Shown piece by piece: positions 18,425-27,152 of a stretch of DNA of 64,000 nt. Each line of letters starts with the position of its first letter. Position 1 is the stretch's first letter. The stretch comes from an uncultured Coxiella sp. (lineage in GTDB: Bacteria > Pseudomonadota > Gammaproteobacteria > Comchoanobacterales > Comchoanobacteraceae): contig CACBGS010000005.1 in the NCBI GenBank assembly GCA_902538855.1, positions 435 to 64,434 of the forward strand. The letters run 5' to 3'. Both the position numbers and the translations under genes were made by a program. The notes beneath the pieces are model-generated. The model saw only the letters and a program-made list of their open reading frames with translations. It made no database searches and had not been told where the DNA came from.

Positions 18425-19033
18425 TCACAAAGAACATCGACTAATTGATCCTAGCTCACGCCACATCATAAGCTTATCATCCACCACAGTCGCACATTCA
18501 GGATTATACCTTACTAAAGACTCAAGTAAACTCTCCATAAACTTGTGATTGTTGATTATATTATAATCCATCAAAGCAATAGTATCCGGCTCAATCAGGC
18601 TATAAAGTCTTGTATGATAGGTAATAAACAAATAGGATTTAGTATACCTAGCAAAAAAACACAAGGTATTTATATTAATAGATGTGATTTTATCTATAAA
18701 AGCATCTGGAGCTAAATGCACGTCCTCCAGCTGTAATATAATTGACATAAGCGGCGTTAATGCACAGTTATATTTTTGCTCAGGCTTTAGTAATAAAGCA
18801 GAAGGTAATAAAGTAATAATATCTGGGCGTAAAATAAAATCCACACCTCCATTTTTAGAGATGATAGTATCAAGCAGGTTAACCCCTTTATCTCCAGACA
18901 CAGCAAAACTTTCCATACTCAATCGACTAATATGTTCAGCTTGTAAATCTGCAATAGCCAGTTGACCACTTTCTAAATGCACAATAAGATCATAAGCAAA
19001 TGTATCTTTAAAAATATTATTGTTCGCAAACAT
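18425..19033 (-). CDS. Hypothetical soluble protein
   Basis: 202-aa ORF with no recognised motif, tightly spaced within the 20634->18190 gene string. Confidence 0.5.
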   Translation of the reverse strand: MFANNNIFKDTFAYDLIVHLESGQLAIADLQAEHISRLSMESFAVSGDKGVNLLDTIISKNGGVDFILRPDIITLLPSALLLKPEQKYNCALTPLMSIILQLEDVHLAPDAFIDKITSININTLCFFARYTKSYLFITYHTRLYSLIEPDTIALMDYNIINNHKFMESLLESLVRYNPECATVVDDKLMMWRELGSISRCSL

Positions 19034-19054
19034 AGCTAATCCCTTTATTAAGTA

Positions 19055-19753
19055 TTATGTATGCCTAGCAAAAAGCAAGCGCTTTATTTGCGCATAAAAA
19101 TAACCAATAGACCAGCGCAACATCCCAATATGAGGTTTTGCCAGATATGATCGCTGATCATACTTAAGATAATTATTAGGTCCTTCTCTCTCAACAAAAG
19201 CAAAGATAGATGATATAAACCACTCTCCTTCATAAGCCTCACGCCAATGGTCTAGGGCTTTACCTTTAAAAAGAACCAAGTCACCTTGATGCAAACAAAC
19301 AGGCAAATCCTCATCTGATAAACCGAGATAAATGGGCCAAAACTTCTTTGCTTGTGCATACTCAGCATCACTACCAATACATAGACAAGCTACCACCTCA
19401 CAAGAATCCCTATCTTTATGCTTTTTAAGCACATTACCACGTGTATAGGTATAATAAAAAGATAAAGACGGCCATAATTGCATACCAGTCACCTGCTCTA
19501 CAGGAGAATGCAATCTTTGTAATAATGTTTCCATCAAAGGATCGCCATATTCTCTATGTATATTCGCCAAGGAATCATCTTTATTACGATATACATTTGG
19601 CGCCACTTTATACTTTAACCGAGCATATTGCGTAATAAAACTACATAATTCTTTTGAAACCGCATTAGGAATAATACAATAGCCATCTTTACTAAAATCA
19701 CCTTGGCAATTATCCATAACAAAGGAACTATCTATAACCCCATCATTTACCAT
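19055..19753 (-). CDS. 2-oxoglutarate/Fe(II)-dependent oxygenase-like protein
   Basis: 232 aa. A candidate HxD...H facial triad is present (LKKHKDRDS ... GKALDHWRE). The N-terminal DGYCIIPNAVSKELC is typical of the PhyH/2OG-oxygenase fold. Motif-level call only. Confidence 0.5.
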   Translation of the reverse strand: MVNDGVIDSSFVMDNCQGDFSKDGYCIIPNAVSKELCSFITQYARLKYKVAPNVYRNKDDSLANIHREYGDPLMETLLQRLHSPVEQVTGMQLWPSLSFYYTYTRGNVLKKHKDRDSCEVVACLCIGSDAEYAQAKKFWPIYLGLSDEDLPVCLHQGDLVLFKGKALDHWREAYEGEWFISSIFAFVEREGPNNYLKYDQRSYLAKPHIGMLRWSIGYFYAQIKRLLFARHT

Positions 19754-19771
19754 AACAACCCCCTATAACTA

Positions 19772-20311
19772 TTATAAAAAAACATTGATATTATAATACG
19801 CACCCCAATACCACCAAATAATAAGTGCTAACAGCACACAGACCACATCGTTAGACCAGCTTATTAACTTAGCATTGGTCAATCTTGGTGAGAATAACCA
19901 TTCTATACTAAAACACAAAACTAAACTTGTATAAAGAACTATAGATGTTAGATCAACACTAATATATAACTGTGTCAGCGCCCAAGTTATTACAGCTAAA
20001 GCAAAAGTATTACCAAGATAAGAAGGTATATTTGAAGGATGAAAAGCACATACTGATAACCAAATACAAAATAAAACTATCTTACTAGTATTATAGTTAG
20101 AACCATCTATTTCGCGTAGAATGACCACATCAGTAAGATTATAAAAAAAGAAAATACCAAATAAGGCGAGACACATCAATAAATTTAGTAATGGTCGGTA
20201 TATTTGCTCTAAACCAAGCGCTGAAGCAATGGAATAAGTCCAGTTTGAGAAAACCCCGGCAAGACGCAGTGAACAGAATCCAAACAATGCGAGTATAAAC
20301 CAATAAAACAT
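19772..20311 (-). CDS. Hypothetical polytopic membrane protein (about 5 TM)
   Basis: 179 aa, almost entirely hydrophobic helices. No recognised motif. Confidence 0.5.
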   Translation of the reverse strand: MFYWFILALFGFCSLRLAGVFSNWTYSIASALGLEQIYRPLLNLLMCLALFGIFFFYNLTDVVILREIDGSNYNTSKIVLFCIWLSVCAFHPSNIPSYLGNTFALAVITWALTQLYISVDLTSIVLYTSLVLCFSIEWLFSPRLTNAKLISWSNDVVCVLLALIIWWYWGAYYNINVFL

Positions 20312-20328
20312 ACTCTAACGCAACGACA

Positions 20329-20634
20329 TTAATTCTGTGAAAACAATCGCTTATAATAATCTAAATTATCAGGTATCAAGTTAAATGGATAAGGTTTATC
20401 ATCTGATAAAAATAATACATAAGCTAGAAGTTGCTGTAATAGACTATGAAAAGATCTTACATAAAAACCTAAAAGTCCTACTGGCTGACCAAATAATAAT
20501 AAGCATAAAGTTTGTAGTAAAGAGAACATAAATACCAAGCTCCACGTATAATGTATAACATAGAAAAACAACAAACTGAAACCTAGCCTAAACCAAGCAC
20601 TGCTCTGAAAAAAATGTGTCACGGAAAACTTCAC
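20329..20634 (-). CDS. Small membrane protein, DUF4389-like
   Basis: 101 aa with 2-3 TM helices followed by LLAYVLFLSDDKPYPF. This resembles the DUF4389 C-terminal Y..Y..L.TD.YPPF motif as I recall it. Confidence 0.4.
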   Translation of the reverse strand: MKFSVTHFFQSSAWFRLGFSLLFFYVIHYTWSLVFMFSLLQTLCLLLFGQPVGLLGFYVRSFHSLLQQLLAYVLFLSDDKPYPFNLIPDNLDYYKRLFSQN

Positions 20635-20707
20635 CTAGGCAACCCATTAAAACTACTATAATTTTATCAAATCCCATACCATCATGCAAGCAATGCTAAT
20701 CCAAGCA

Positions 20708-21490
20708 CTAAAGCGCGCCAACATTAACTTTGAAATCAACACTAGTTTTGAGAGTATTTTGGCCAGCAACAGTAGTACTATCTAGGCCCAATTTATTAAA
20801 TTTTAGAAAAAATCTTCGCTGATCTACCGATACAATAGGAATAATAGCATCATCATCAAGACTTATACTAATCATATATATTTGTTGTAAACCTTGGCCT
20901 AATTCATAATGATAATAGCCATCTACAGTAGCAGCATTCAACCAAATACTATTATCCCGTAAAAAGCAAAGTACCTCATAAACATTAGTATTTAACCAAT
21001 CAAAATCTGTAGAAAACTGTTTCAAATCCTTAACACAGCCCATATGCTCTTTAGCTAACCAACACTGTAAGAATGGACTCAGCAAATCTAATGTACCGAT
21101 ATCGCTCTTCTTACTCTGTGTTTTAAGCTGACTTAAAAAAACATTGTGCAACATCGCCTCAGGCAGCACGCTAGATTGTTGATACAACTGCAACTCATGA
21201 GCATCAAAACGCTCTATATGCTTAGTCAATAAAGCAGCATCAACTTGTGGATGATTAATCAAGGCATGTAAATATTTCTTTGCTAGTCGGTAAAATCGTA
21301 CAAACTTATTCCTCAGATCATACCTATCAGCATATTGCATAATCTGCACTACCAATTCTAAAGCATGTAGCTTATCCGAACAATCATGTTTGAGTAAGTG
21401 CTGCAACTTTACAAATCTACGCTCTAGGCCTAAACATATGCGGATTAATTCATTACCTGAAAACTCGAAGCGCTTTGTAGTATTATTCAT
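20708..21490 (-). CDS. zapD: Cell division protein ZapD (YacF family)
   Basis: 260 aa. The N-terminal FEFSGNELIRICLGLERRF parallels E. coli ZapD FEHPLNEKMRTWLRIEFL. The position immediately downstream of coaE matches the coaE-zapD arrangement in enterobacteria. Confidence 0.7.
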   Translation of the reverse strand: MNNTTKRFEFSGNELIRICLGLERRFVKLQHLLKHDCSDKLHALELVVQIMQYADRYDLRNKFVRFYRLAKKYLHALINHPQVDAALLTKHIERFDAHELQLYQQSSVLPEAMLHNVFLSQLKTQSKKSDIGTLDLLSPFLQCWLAKEHMGCVKDLKQFSTDFDWLNTNVYEVLCFLRDNSIWLNAATVDGYYHYELGQGLQQIYMISISLDDDAIIPIVSVDQRRFFLKFNKLGLDSTTVAGQNTLKTSVDFKVNVGAL

Positions 21491-21565
21491 AAAATTGATT
21501 ATTAACCTGTATAATGAATAATAACAAAAAAAAATATAAAAATAAACTTTAAATAGCAGCGCACA

Positions 21566-22162
21566 TCACAGAGAAAATCTTTGTCTATGCTTAACCAGTA
21601 AAAGATCTATTTGTCGATAAAAGAAAGATCTATGACGCGTATTATATAACACATCATCAGCGATAGAACGACGATTTATTGCAGATGCTTGCTGTTGTAT
21701 AATTTGCTCTATCAGTAAGGACGGCATACCTCGTAGCTTAGCTCGCTCAACTTGCAAAAACATTGGCAGATCAATAGCAACAACCGCATCATAATTTTGG
21801 GAAGAATCAGTCTCATAAACTAAAGGAATAATAACAATAGCATACTGATCAAGATGCGCATCTCTAAATTCAGTTACTTTTTTACGCACCAAAGGATGTA
21901 CCTGCGCCTCAACAAAAGCACGATCTTTTGCAACTGAAAAAATTCTTTCACGTAAAAATTTTGTATCTATACCATGGGCTTGATGTAAAACTTCAGCACC
22001 AAAATGACCAGCAAATACTTGCTGTAACTCTTTATCATTATTATACAACTCTCGTACTATAACGTCAGCGTCAATTATAGGAAAACTATAATTAGACTTA
22101 ATATACTGCATAAAAGTAGATTTACCACATGCAAGGCCACCAGTGACTGCTACACAAACCAT
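21566..22162 (-). CDS. coaE: Dephospho-CoA kinase
   Basis: 198 aa. P-loop VAVTGGLACGKST, the block IIDADVIVRELY, and typical CoaE length. Confidence 0.9.
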   Translation of the reverse strand: MVCVAVTGGLACGKSTFMQYIKSNYSFPIIDADVIVRELYNNDKELQQVFAGHFGAEVLHQAHGIDTKFLRERIFSVAKDRAFVEAQVHPLVRKKVTEFRDAHLDQYAIVIIPLVYETDSSQNYDAVVAIDLPMFLQVERAKLRGMPSLLIEQIIQQQASAINRRSIADDVLYNTRHRSFFYRQIDLLLVKHRQRFSL

Positions 22163-22190
22163 TCAACCGTCCAGAAGTTATACGTACTGA

Positions 22191-23165
22191 CTAGGATAAT
22201 AATAGCCGCCAAATATACTCCATAAAAAAGCCAGCTTCAGCTGATTTAGATGATGAGTTTTGCCCCAATAACTGCAAGTACTGTGATTTATTCAAATGCT
22301 GTAGCCTATCTCTTGTAGCAGAAAAAATTGCGCCATGTGCACCAAGACCACATACCCTATTATATTTAGAAATATCTACTCCCGCATGATATGTAAGCCA
22401 CTTTGATAAAGGCCGCACAGACTCAGAAACAACATGATCCCGACGCAAACTATTATTATAATTATCACCAAGTGAAATACGCGTATTACCCTTATATGAG
22501 AAATCATTAATCCACTGCATATACTTATTAGATACAGTACGACAATATATTTCACTTGAATCAACAAGAGCGTACCTAAAACTCAACTCTCTACCATAGG
22601 CGCCTTTTATAGAACCCATAGTAAACACTGTTCTTGCAGGCAAATTATCATAATTTTGTTTGATATGATACAGATATGTATTGGACTCCCTTCCTAAATT
22701 AGACAAGCTACGCACAGTAAATAATGATGGCTGTTGTGCAATAGCATCACCAATACCTCTCGTACAGTACTTATGACTCTTACAATATATATGCACATGA
22801 TTTACATAAGGTAGATACTTTTGCAGCCATGACAAATCCTCTTCATAAGCAGCAACCACCAAATCAGGCTTATCTTGATTCACCAACAACAGCAGACCCG
22901 AGTATATCCACGAACTTAAAGTTACCTGCTTATTCTCAGCAGCTTTATTATGTTCAAAAAGCACATTATCAGTATTAGAAAAAATCAAGCTAAAATAAAT
23001 TATTACATGCAATAATTTAGAAAAAACCGTTGCATAAAAATAATAAATCCTATCCAGAAAGGCTATTAAGACAAAACCTAAAAAAAAAGGAAAAGATTTC
23101 TCAAGAAAATATTCTAAAGAATGATAAGTTTTAATTACTTTCTGAAACAAAACCACAACTCCCAA
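22191..23165 (-). CDS. N-terminally membrane-anchored DUF3431-like protein, paralog 1 of 3
   Basis: 324 aa. Blocks shared with the next two genes are DKPDLVVAAYEEDLSWLQKYLPYVNHVHIYCKSH, NLGRESNTYLYHIKQNYDNLPARTVFTMGS, HGAIFSA and EAGFFMEYIWRLLL. TTG start. Confidence 0.6.
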   Translation of the reverse strand: MGVVVLFQKVIKTYHSLEYFLEKSFPFFLGFVLIAFLDRIYYFYATVFSKLLHVIIYFSLIFSNTDNVLFEHNKAAENKQVTLSSWIYSGLLLLVNQDKPDLVVAAYEEDLSWLQKYLPYVNHVHIYCKSHKYCTRGIGDAIAQQPSLFTVRSLSNLGRESNTYLYHIKQNYDNLPARTVFTMGSIKGAYGRELSFRYALVDSSEIYCRTVSNKYMQWINDFSYKGNTRISLGDNYNNSLRRDHVVSESVRPLSKWLTYHAGVDISKYNRVCGLGAHGAIFSATRDRLQHLNKSQYLQLLGQNSSSKSAEAGFFMEYIWRLLLS

Positions 23166-23360
23166 TACCTATCTACATGTTAAATAAAGCTCAGAGTAAT
23201 TTCAATATATTTTATAGCACAGCCTTGCTTTTTCTCTAGCACAGGCAATCGAACCAGCTAGGCAAAAATCAGACAATATATATGAGTATCTTAGAACTTA
23301 TAAGCCTATCAACTGCAGCAAAACAACCCTGTAATGCATTACTATATTTTATAAGAAAGC

Positions 23361-24335
23361 TTAGTGCTGCTCTAATATAAACGACCAAACAACTTCCATA
23401 TAATAGCCTGCTTCCAGAGAATCACCTACTGTATTTTCAGCTAGTAAACTCGCGTACTGACTTTTTTTAATACGCTGCAATGCACTCTTATCTGCCGAGA
23501 ATATAGCACCATGCATAGCCTCATTACGTTGATAACAACGCTGCTGCAAATCTATTCCAGTGTGATAATCTAACCATTTACCTAAAGGTCTAATCTTTAC
23601 AGGAACAATAGGCCTACGCACATACACATCATAGCCATCCCCCATAGAAAGAGCATGCTTAATATTAATACGGTAGTTATAGATCTTATCTAAGGCTTTA
23701 TCAGTACAAGGTCTTGATGGGAACACCAACCCACCGGCAATAGCATAGCGCAAGCTTAGCTCACGTACCCAACTGATATTAAGAGACCCCATAGTAAAAA
23801 CCGTTCTCGGCGAAAAACTATCATAGTGATTTATAATATGCGTCAAATAAGTATGCGCCTCTCTACCAACATTAGGCAACATTTGTATACTAAAACGCTG
23901 TGGATTCTTATGTATTTCTGCACTTAAGCCTTTTGCACAACTATCTTTACTTTTACAATATAAATATACATGGCCAATATAGGGAAGATATCTCTTGAGC
24001 CAAGAAAGATCTTCTTTATAAGCTGCAACAACAAGATCTGGCTTATCAGTTACATTAGCCAAGAGATAAGCAGAATACACCCATGCAGATAATGTAACAT
24101 TTGCATTCTCTTTCGCCCATCTTGCCTGCTTATCTAAATAAGAAATATCACTTATAACACCATAGTATAGTAATAATACTACCAAAGGTTTAATAATATA
24201 ATACCAGAATTTAAGCACACTATTTAGATACACCGGCAGCAAAGAAATTATAACAACCGGTAATACTTTATCTAGATTACTCATGATACGTTTAACAGTA
24301 ATCATAATAAATCTCGAAGTAAAAATAAAAAACAA
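23361..24335 (-). CDS. N-terminally membrane-anchored DUF3431-like protein, paralog 2 of 3
   Basis: 324 aa. Blocks are DKPDLVVAAYKEDLSWLKRYLPYIGHVYLYCKSK, NVGREAHTYLTHIINHYDSFSPRTVFTMGS, HGAIFSA and LEAGYYMEVVWSFIL. Confidence 0.6.
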   Translation of the reverse strand: MFFIFTSRFIMITVKRIMSNLDKVLPVVIISLLPVYLNSVLKFWYYIIKPLVVLLLYYGVISDISYLDKQARWAKENANVTLSAWVYSAYLLANVTDKPDLVVAAYKEDLSWLKRYLPYIGHVYLYCKSKDSCAKGLSAEIHKNPQRFSIQMLPNVGREAHTYLTHIINHYDSFSPRTVFTMGSLNISWVRELSLRYAIAGGLVFPSRPCTDKALDKIYNYRINIKHALSMGDGYDVYVRRPIVPVKIRPLGKWLDYHTGIDLQQRCYQRNEAMHGAIFSADKSALQRIKKSQYASLLAENTVGDSLEAGYYMEVVWSFILEQH

Positions 24336-24356
24336 TAGGTGATTTGAACAACGCCA

Positions 24357-25409
24357 TCAAACTTTACTCGTATATAATTGCCCAAGTAAAAAGCGCCAAC
24401 TTACCTCTAGATAATAGCCTGCTTCCAAAGAATCACCTTGTGAATTTTCTTCTAAAAGCTTTAAATATTGATTTTTTGTTAAACCATGTAGCATGGCCCT
24501 ATCAGCTGAGAAAATAGCACCATGTTTACCCCAACCACATCTACTCCTGAGAGTAAGCAAATCAATATCAGCTACATTTTTCAACCAATTACCCAAAGGC
24601 CTTATCCTAGCAGGTATTATATCGCGTTGCTCATAGACATTGTAGCCATCCCCTAAGGAAACAGGATGTTTACCAGGCACAACTTCATAGGTAGCTAAAT
24701 CACTAATTTCAGATGCTTTAAACTTATGACAATAACGCATATCACCAACATCAGCCAGCGAATAACGCAAGCTCAACTCCCTGAGCCAGCTAATATTTAA
24801 AGACCCCATAGTGAAAATAGTACGATTAGGCAAATGATCATAATGATTTATAATATGCGTCAAATAAGTATGTGATTCTCTACCAATATTAGGCAAATTA
24901 TAAACACTAAAACGTTGCGGATTATCTCTAATTAACGCATGAATACCACTTGCACAGGATTGATGGCTTTTACAATATACATACACATGTCCAACATAAG
25001 GCAGATATTTAAGCAACCACCCCAAGTCTTCTTTGTATGCAGCAATAACTAGATCAGGCTTATCTGTAACAGCTGATAACATATGACCTGAAGACAACCA
25101 AGAAGATACTCTAAAATGCGAATTCTCCTTAACCCATTGTACATGATTCATTAAATAAGACACATCCCCAATCAAACCAAAATACAATAACACATAAACA
25201 ATAGGCGTTATGATACAAGACCAAACTTTAATTATTCCATCTAAATAGAAAGGAAGCACCAAGGCAATAGTGACACTTATAATATTATCTAAAAAGCTTA
25301 AACACTTTTGTACATAGTAGTTCGTCGAAGAAGAGTCCGGCACTAACTGACCAAATAAAAATATTATGCTACACGATGATATCTGCTTTAGCAAGCAAGG
25401 ACAAATCAC
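24357..25409 (-). CDS. N-terminally membrane-anchored DUF3431-like protein, paralog 3 of 3
   Basis: 350 aa. Blocks are DKPDLVIAAYKEDLGWLLKYLPYVGHVYVYCKSH, NIGRESHTYLTHIINHYDHLPNRTIFTMGS, HGAIFSA and LEAGYYLEVSWRFLL. The true start may be internal. Confidence 0.6.
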   Translation of the reverse strand: MICPCLLKQISSCSIIFLFGQLVPDSSSTNYYVQKCLSFLDNIISVTIALVLPFYLDGIIKVWSCIITPIVYVLLYFGLIGDVSYLMNHVQWVKENSHFRVSSWLSSGHMLSAVTDKPDLVIAAYKEDLGWLLKYLPYVGHVYVYCKSHQSCASGIHALIRDNPQRFSVYNLPNIGRESHTYLTHIINHYDHLPNRTIFTMGSLNISWLRELSLRYSLADVGDMRYCHKFKASEISDLATYEVVPGKHPVSLGDGYNVYEQRDIIPARIRPLGNWLKNVADIDLLTLRSRCGWGKHGAIFSADRAMLHGLTKNQYLKLLEENSQGDSLEAGYYLEVSWRFLLGQLYTSKV

Positions 25410-25422
25410 CCATGAATAAACA

Positions 25423-26205
25423 CTATCGCTGTAAGAACCATGCAGTCAGGCGTTCAAAGTCCTCTGGCGTTAGCTGTTCAGGACGTAAACTAGAGTCTAT
25501 TGCTATTACCTGCCAATCAGAAGCTTGAATGTCTTTTTGAAAAATTTTCCGCAACATTTTACGTCGCTGGCCAAAAGCACGTGCAACAACGGATAAAAAT
25601 TCTTTTTCAAAAACTTCATCTACAGTATCAGTTTTCTTAGGGACCATGCGCACAACAGCCGAATGTACTGCTGGAGGTGGATCAAAAGCAGTAGCTGGGA
25701 CTTCTAATATAATATCAGAACTAAAAAAACGCGAGAGCGCAACGGCCAATCTACCATATTGCTTACTACCCACTGAAGCAACTATACGCAGCGCAACTTC
25801 ATATTGCAACATAAAAACGCCATCCACCATATCATCTTTCATTGTTATAAGAGACAATAAAAATGGCGTACTGATATTATAAGGAAGATTACCGATCCAA
25901 CGCATTGGAAATTGTTTAAACTGTTGATAATCTACTTTCAGTACATCCTCCGCAATGATTTTAAAACGCGATGTACCGGCAAACTCCTCTGATAAATATT
26001 TAACTAAATCATCATCAAGTTCAATAGCTGTGACCGCTGCATGTGCTAGAAGTAATCTTGTAAGTATGCCTGCCCCTGGGCCTATTTCAACAAAATGATC
26101 AGTCGGCCTCGGATCTACTAATGCAATAATTCTATCGATAATATAGCGGTCGATGAGAAAGTGTTGACCAAACTTTTTTTTCTTAGGTAGGGAATATTCG
26201 CTCAT
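25423..26205 (-). CDS. rsmA: 16S rRNA (adenine1518/1519-N6)-dimethyltransferase RsmA/KsgA
   Basis: 260 aa. Motifs include KKKFGQHFL, the SAM-binding VEIGPGAGILT and NLPYNISTP. Confidence 0.92.
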   Translation of the reverse strand: MSEYSLPKKKKFGQHFLIDRYIIDRIIALVDPRPTDHFVEIGPGAGILTRLLLAHAAVTAIELDDDLVKYLSEEFAGTSRFKIIAEDVLKVDYQQFKQFPMRWIGNLPYNISTPFLLSLITMKDDMVDGVFMLQYEVALRIVASVGSKQYGRLAVALSRFFSSDIILEVPATAFDPPPAVHSAVVRMVPKKTDTVDEVFEKEFLSVVARAFGQRRKMLRKIFQKDIQASDWQVIAIDSSLRPEQLTPEDFERLTAWFLQR

Positions 26206-27104
26206 TAGCTAAGCGATTTTATCTCAACATACTGCTGTTGAGCTAATGATTGCATCCACTTTTTTTGATTTTGATTGATATTCTCCATAAACAACTCTTT
26301 GCGAATAGATTCATCATCTAGATGCACACCGGGCTTATCGCGCTTACCAACCAATTTCAACATATGCCAACCATTACCTGCTTTAAAAGGAATTGACACT
26401 TGCTTACGCTTCATCTTAAGAAGATGCTCTTTAAATAAGTCAGGCAATTCATCTAAAGTAGACCACTGAAATACGTGCAACTCCAGCTCTTTAGGCAGCA
26501 TTTTAGCTGTAATCTTTTGTTTAGACCATTTATTTTGCCAATCCTGCACATACTGCATTTTCTCCTGAGGTAATACATCTTCATTATAATCAAAGACAAT
26601 ATCTTTAACATAATACTGTCTAGCTTCACGTATTTTTTGTGCTTTGCGAGCATCCACTGTGGCTTGATCAAGTGCAGTACGCTCTCTCATAGTCATTTGC
26701 ATAACCTTTTGTGCAAGAAACTGATCCTGAATAAAGGCCAAATAACTGCTTCCTGAAAATCCTTTTGATCTCAATATCTTAACGGGCTTCTTCTGTGATT
26801 GGATAAGTTCTTGCTTCTCCTCATCTGATAAGCTAACACCCATTTGCTTGGCAACATTCACCTGCATATGTATTTGTACAATTGTATCCATCAGCTGCTT
26901 ACGCAATAACTGCTCATTAGCGGCAGCATTACTATCTAAGGCTGCTATAGAACGTACAACATCATTAAACTCAGCTGTGGTGAGAACATAGTCGCCTATA
27001 ACAGCCGCTATACTATTTTTTACAGCAAATACAGGTAATGTTAATACTAAGGCAAGCAATAATCCAAAAACACGCGTACTTCTATTCTTCATAACTCCAT
27101 TCAC
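26205..27104 (-). CDS. surA: Reduced SurA-like periplasmic chaperone with a single degenerate parvulin domain
   Basis: 299 aa. It has a signal peptide, a SurA-N-like helical region and one parvulin-like block (GNGWHMLKLVGKRD). It sits between lptD and rsmA as in the lptD-surA-pdxA-rsmA operon. Its stop overlaps the rsmA start by 1 nt. Confidence 0.65.
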   Translation of the reverse strand: MNGVMKNRSTRVFGLLLALVLTLPVFAVKNSIAAVIGDYVLTTAEFNDVVRSIAALDSNAAANEQLLRKQLMDTIVQIHMQVNVAKQMGVSLSDEEKQELIQSQKKPVKILRSKGFSGSSYLAFIQDQFLAQKVMQMTMRERTALDQATVDARKAQKIREARQYYVKDIVFDYNEDVLPQEKMQYVQDWQNKWSKQKITAKMLPKELELHVFQWSTLDELPDLFKEHLLKMKRKQVSIPFKAGNGWHMLKLVGKRDKPGVHLDDESIRKELFMENINQNQKKWMQSLAQQQYVEIKSLS

Positions 27105-27152
27105 AACTGTAGGTTTTTTCTTATTATATAAAAAAAACTAAAAAAGTCAATA

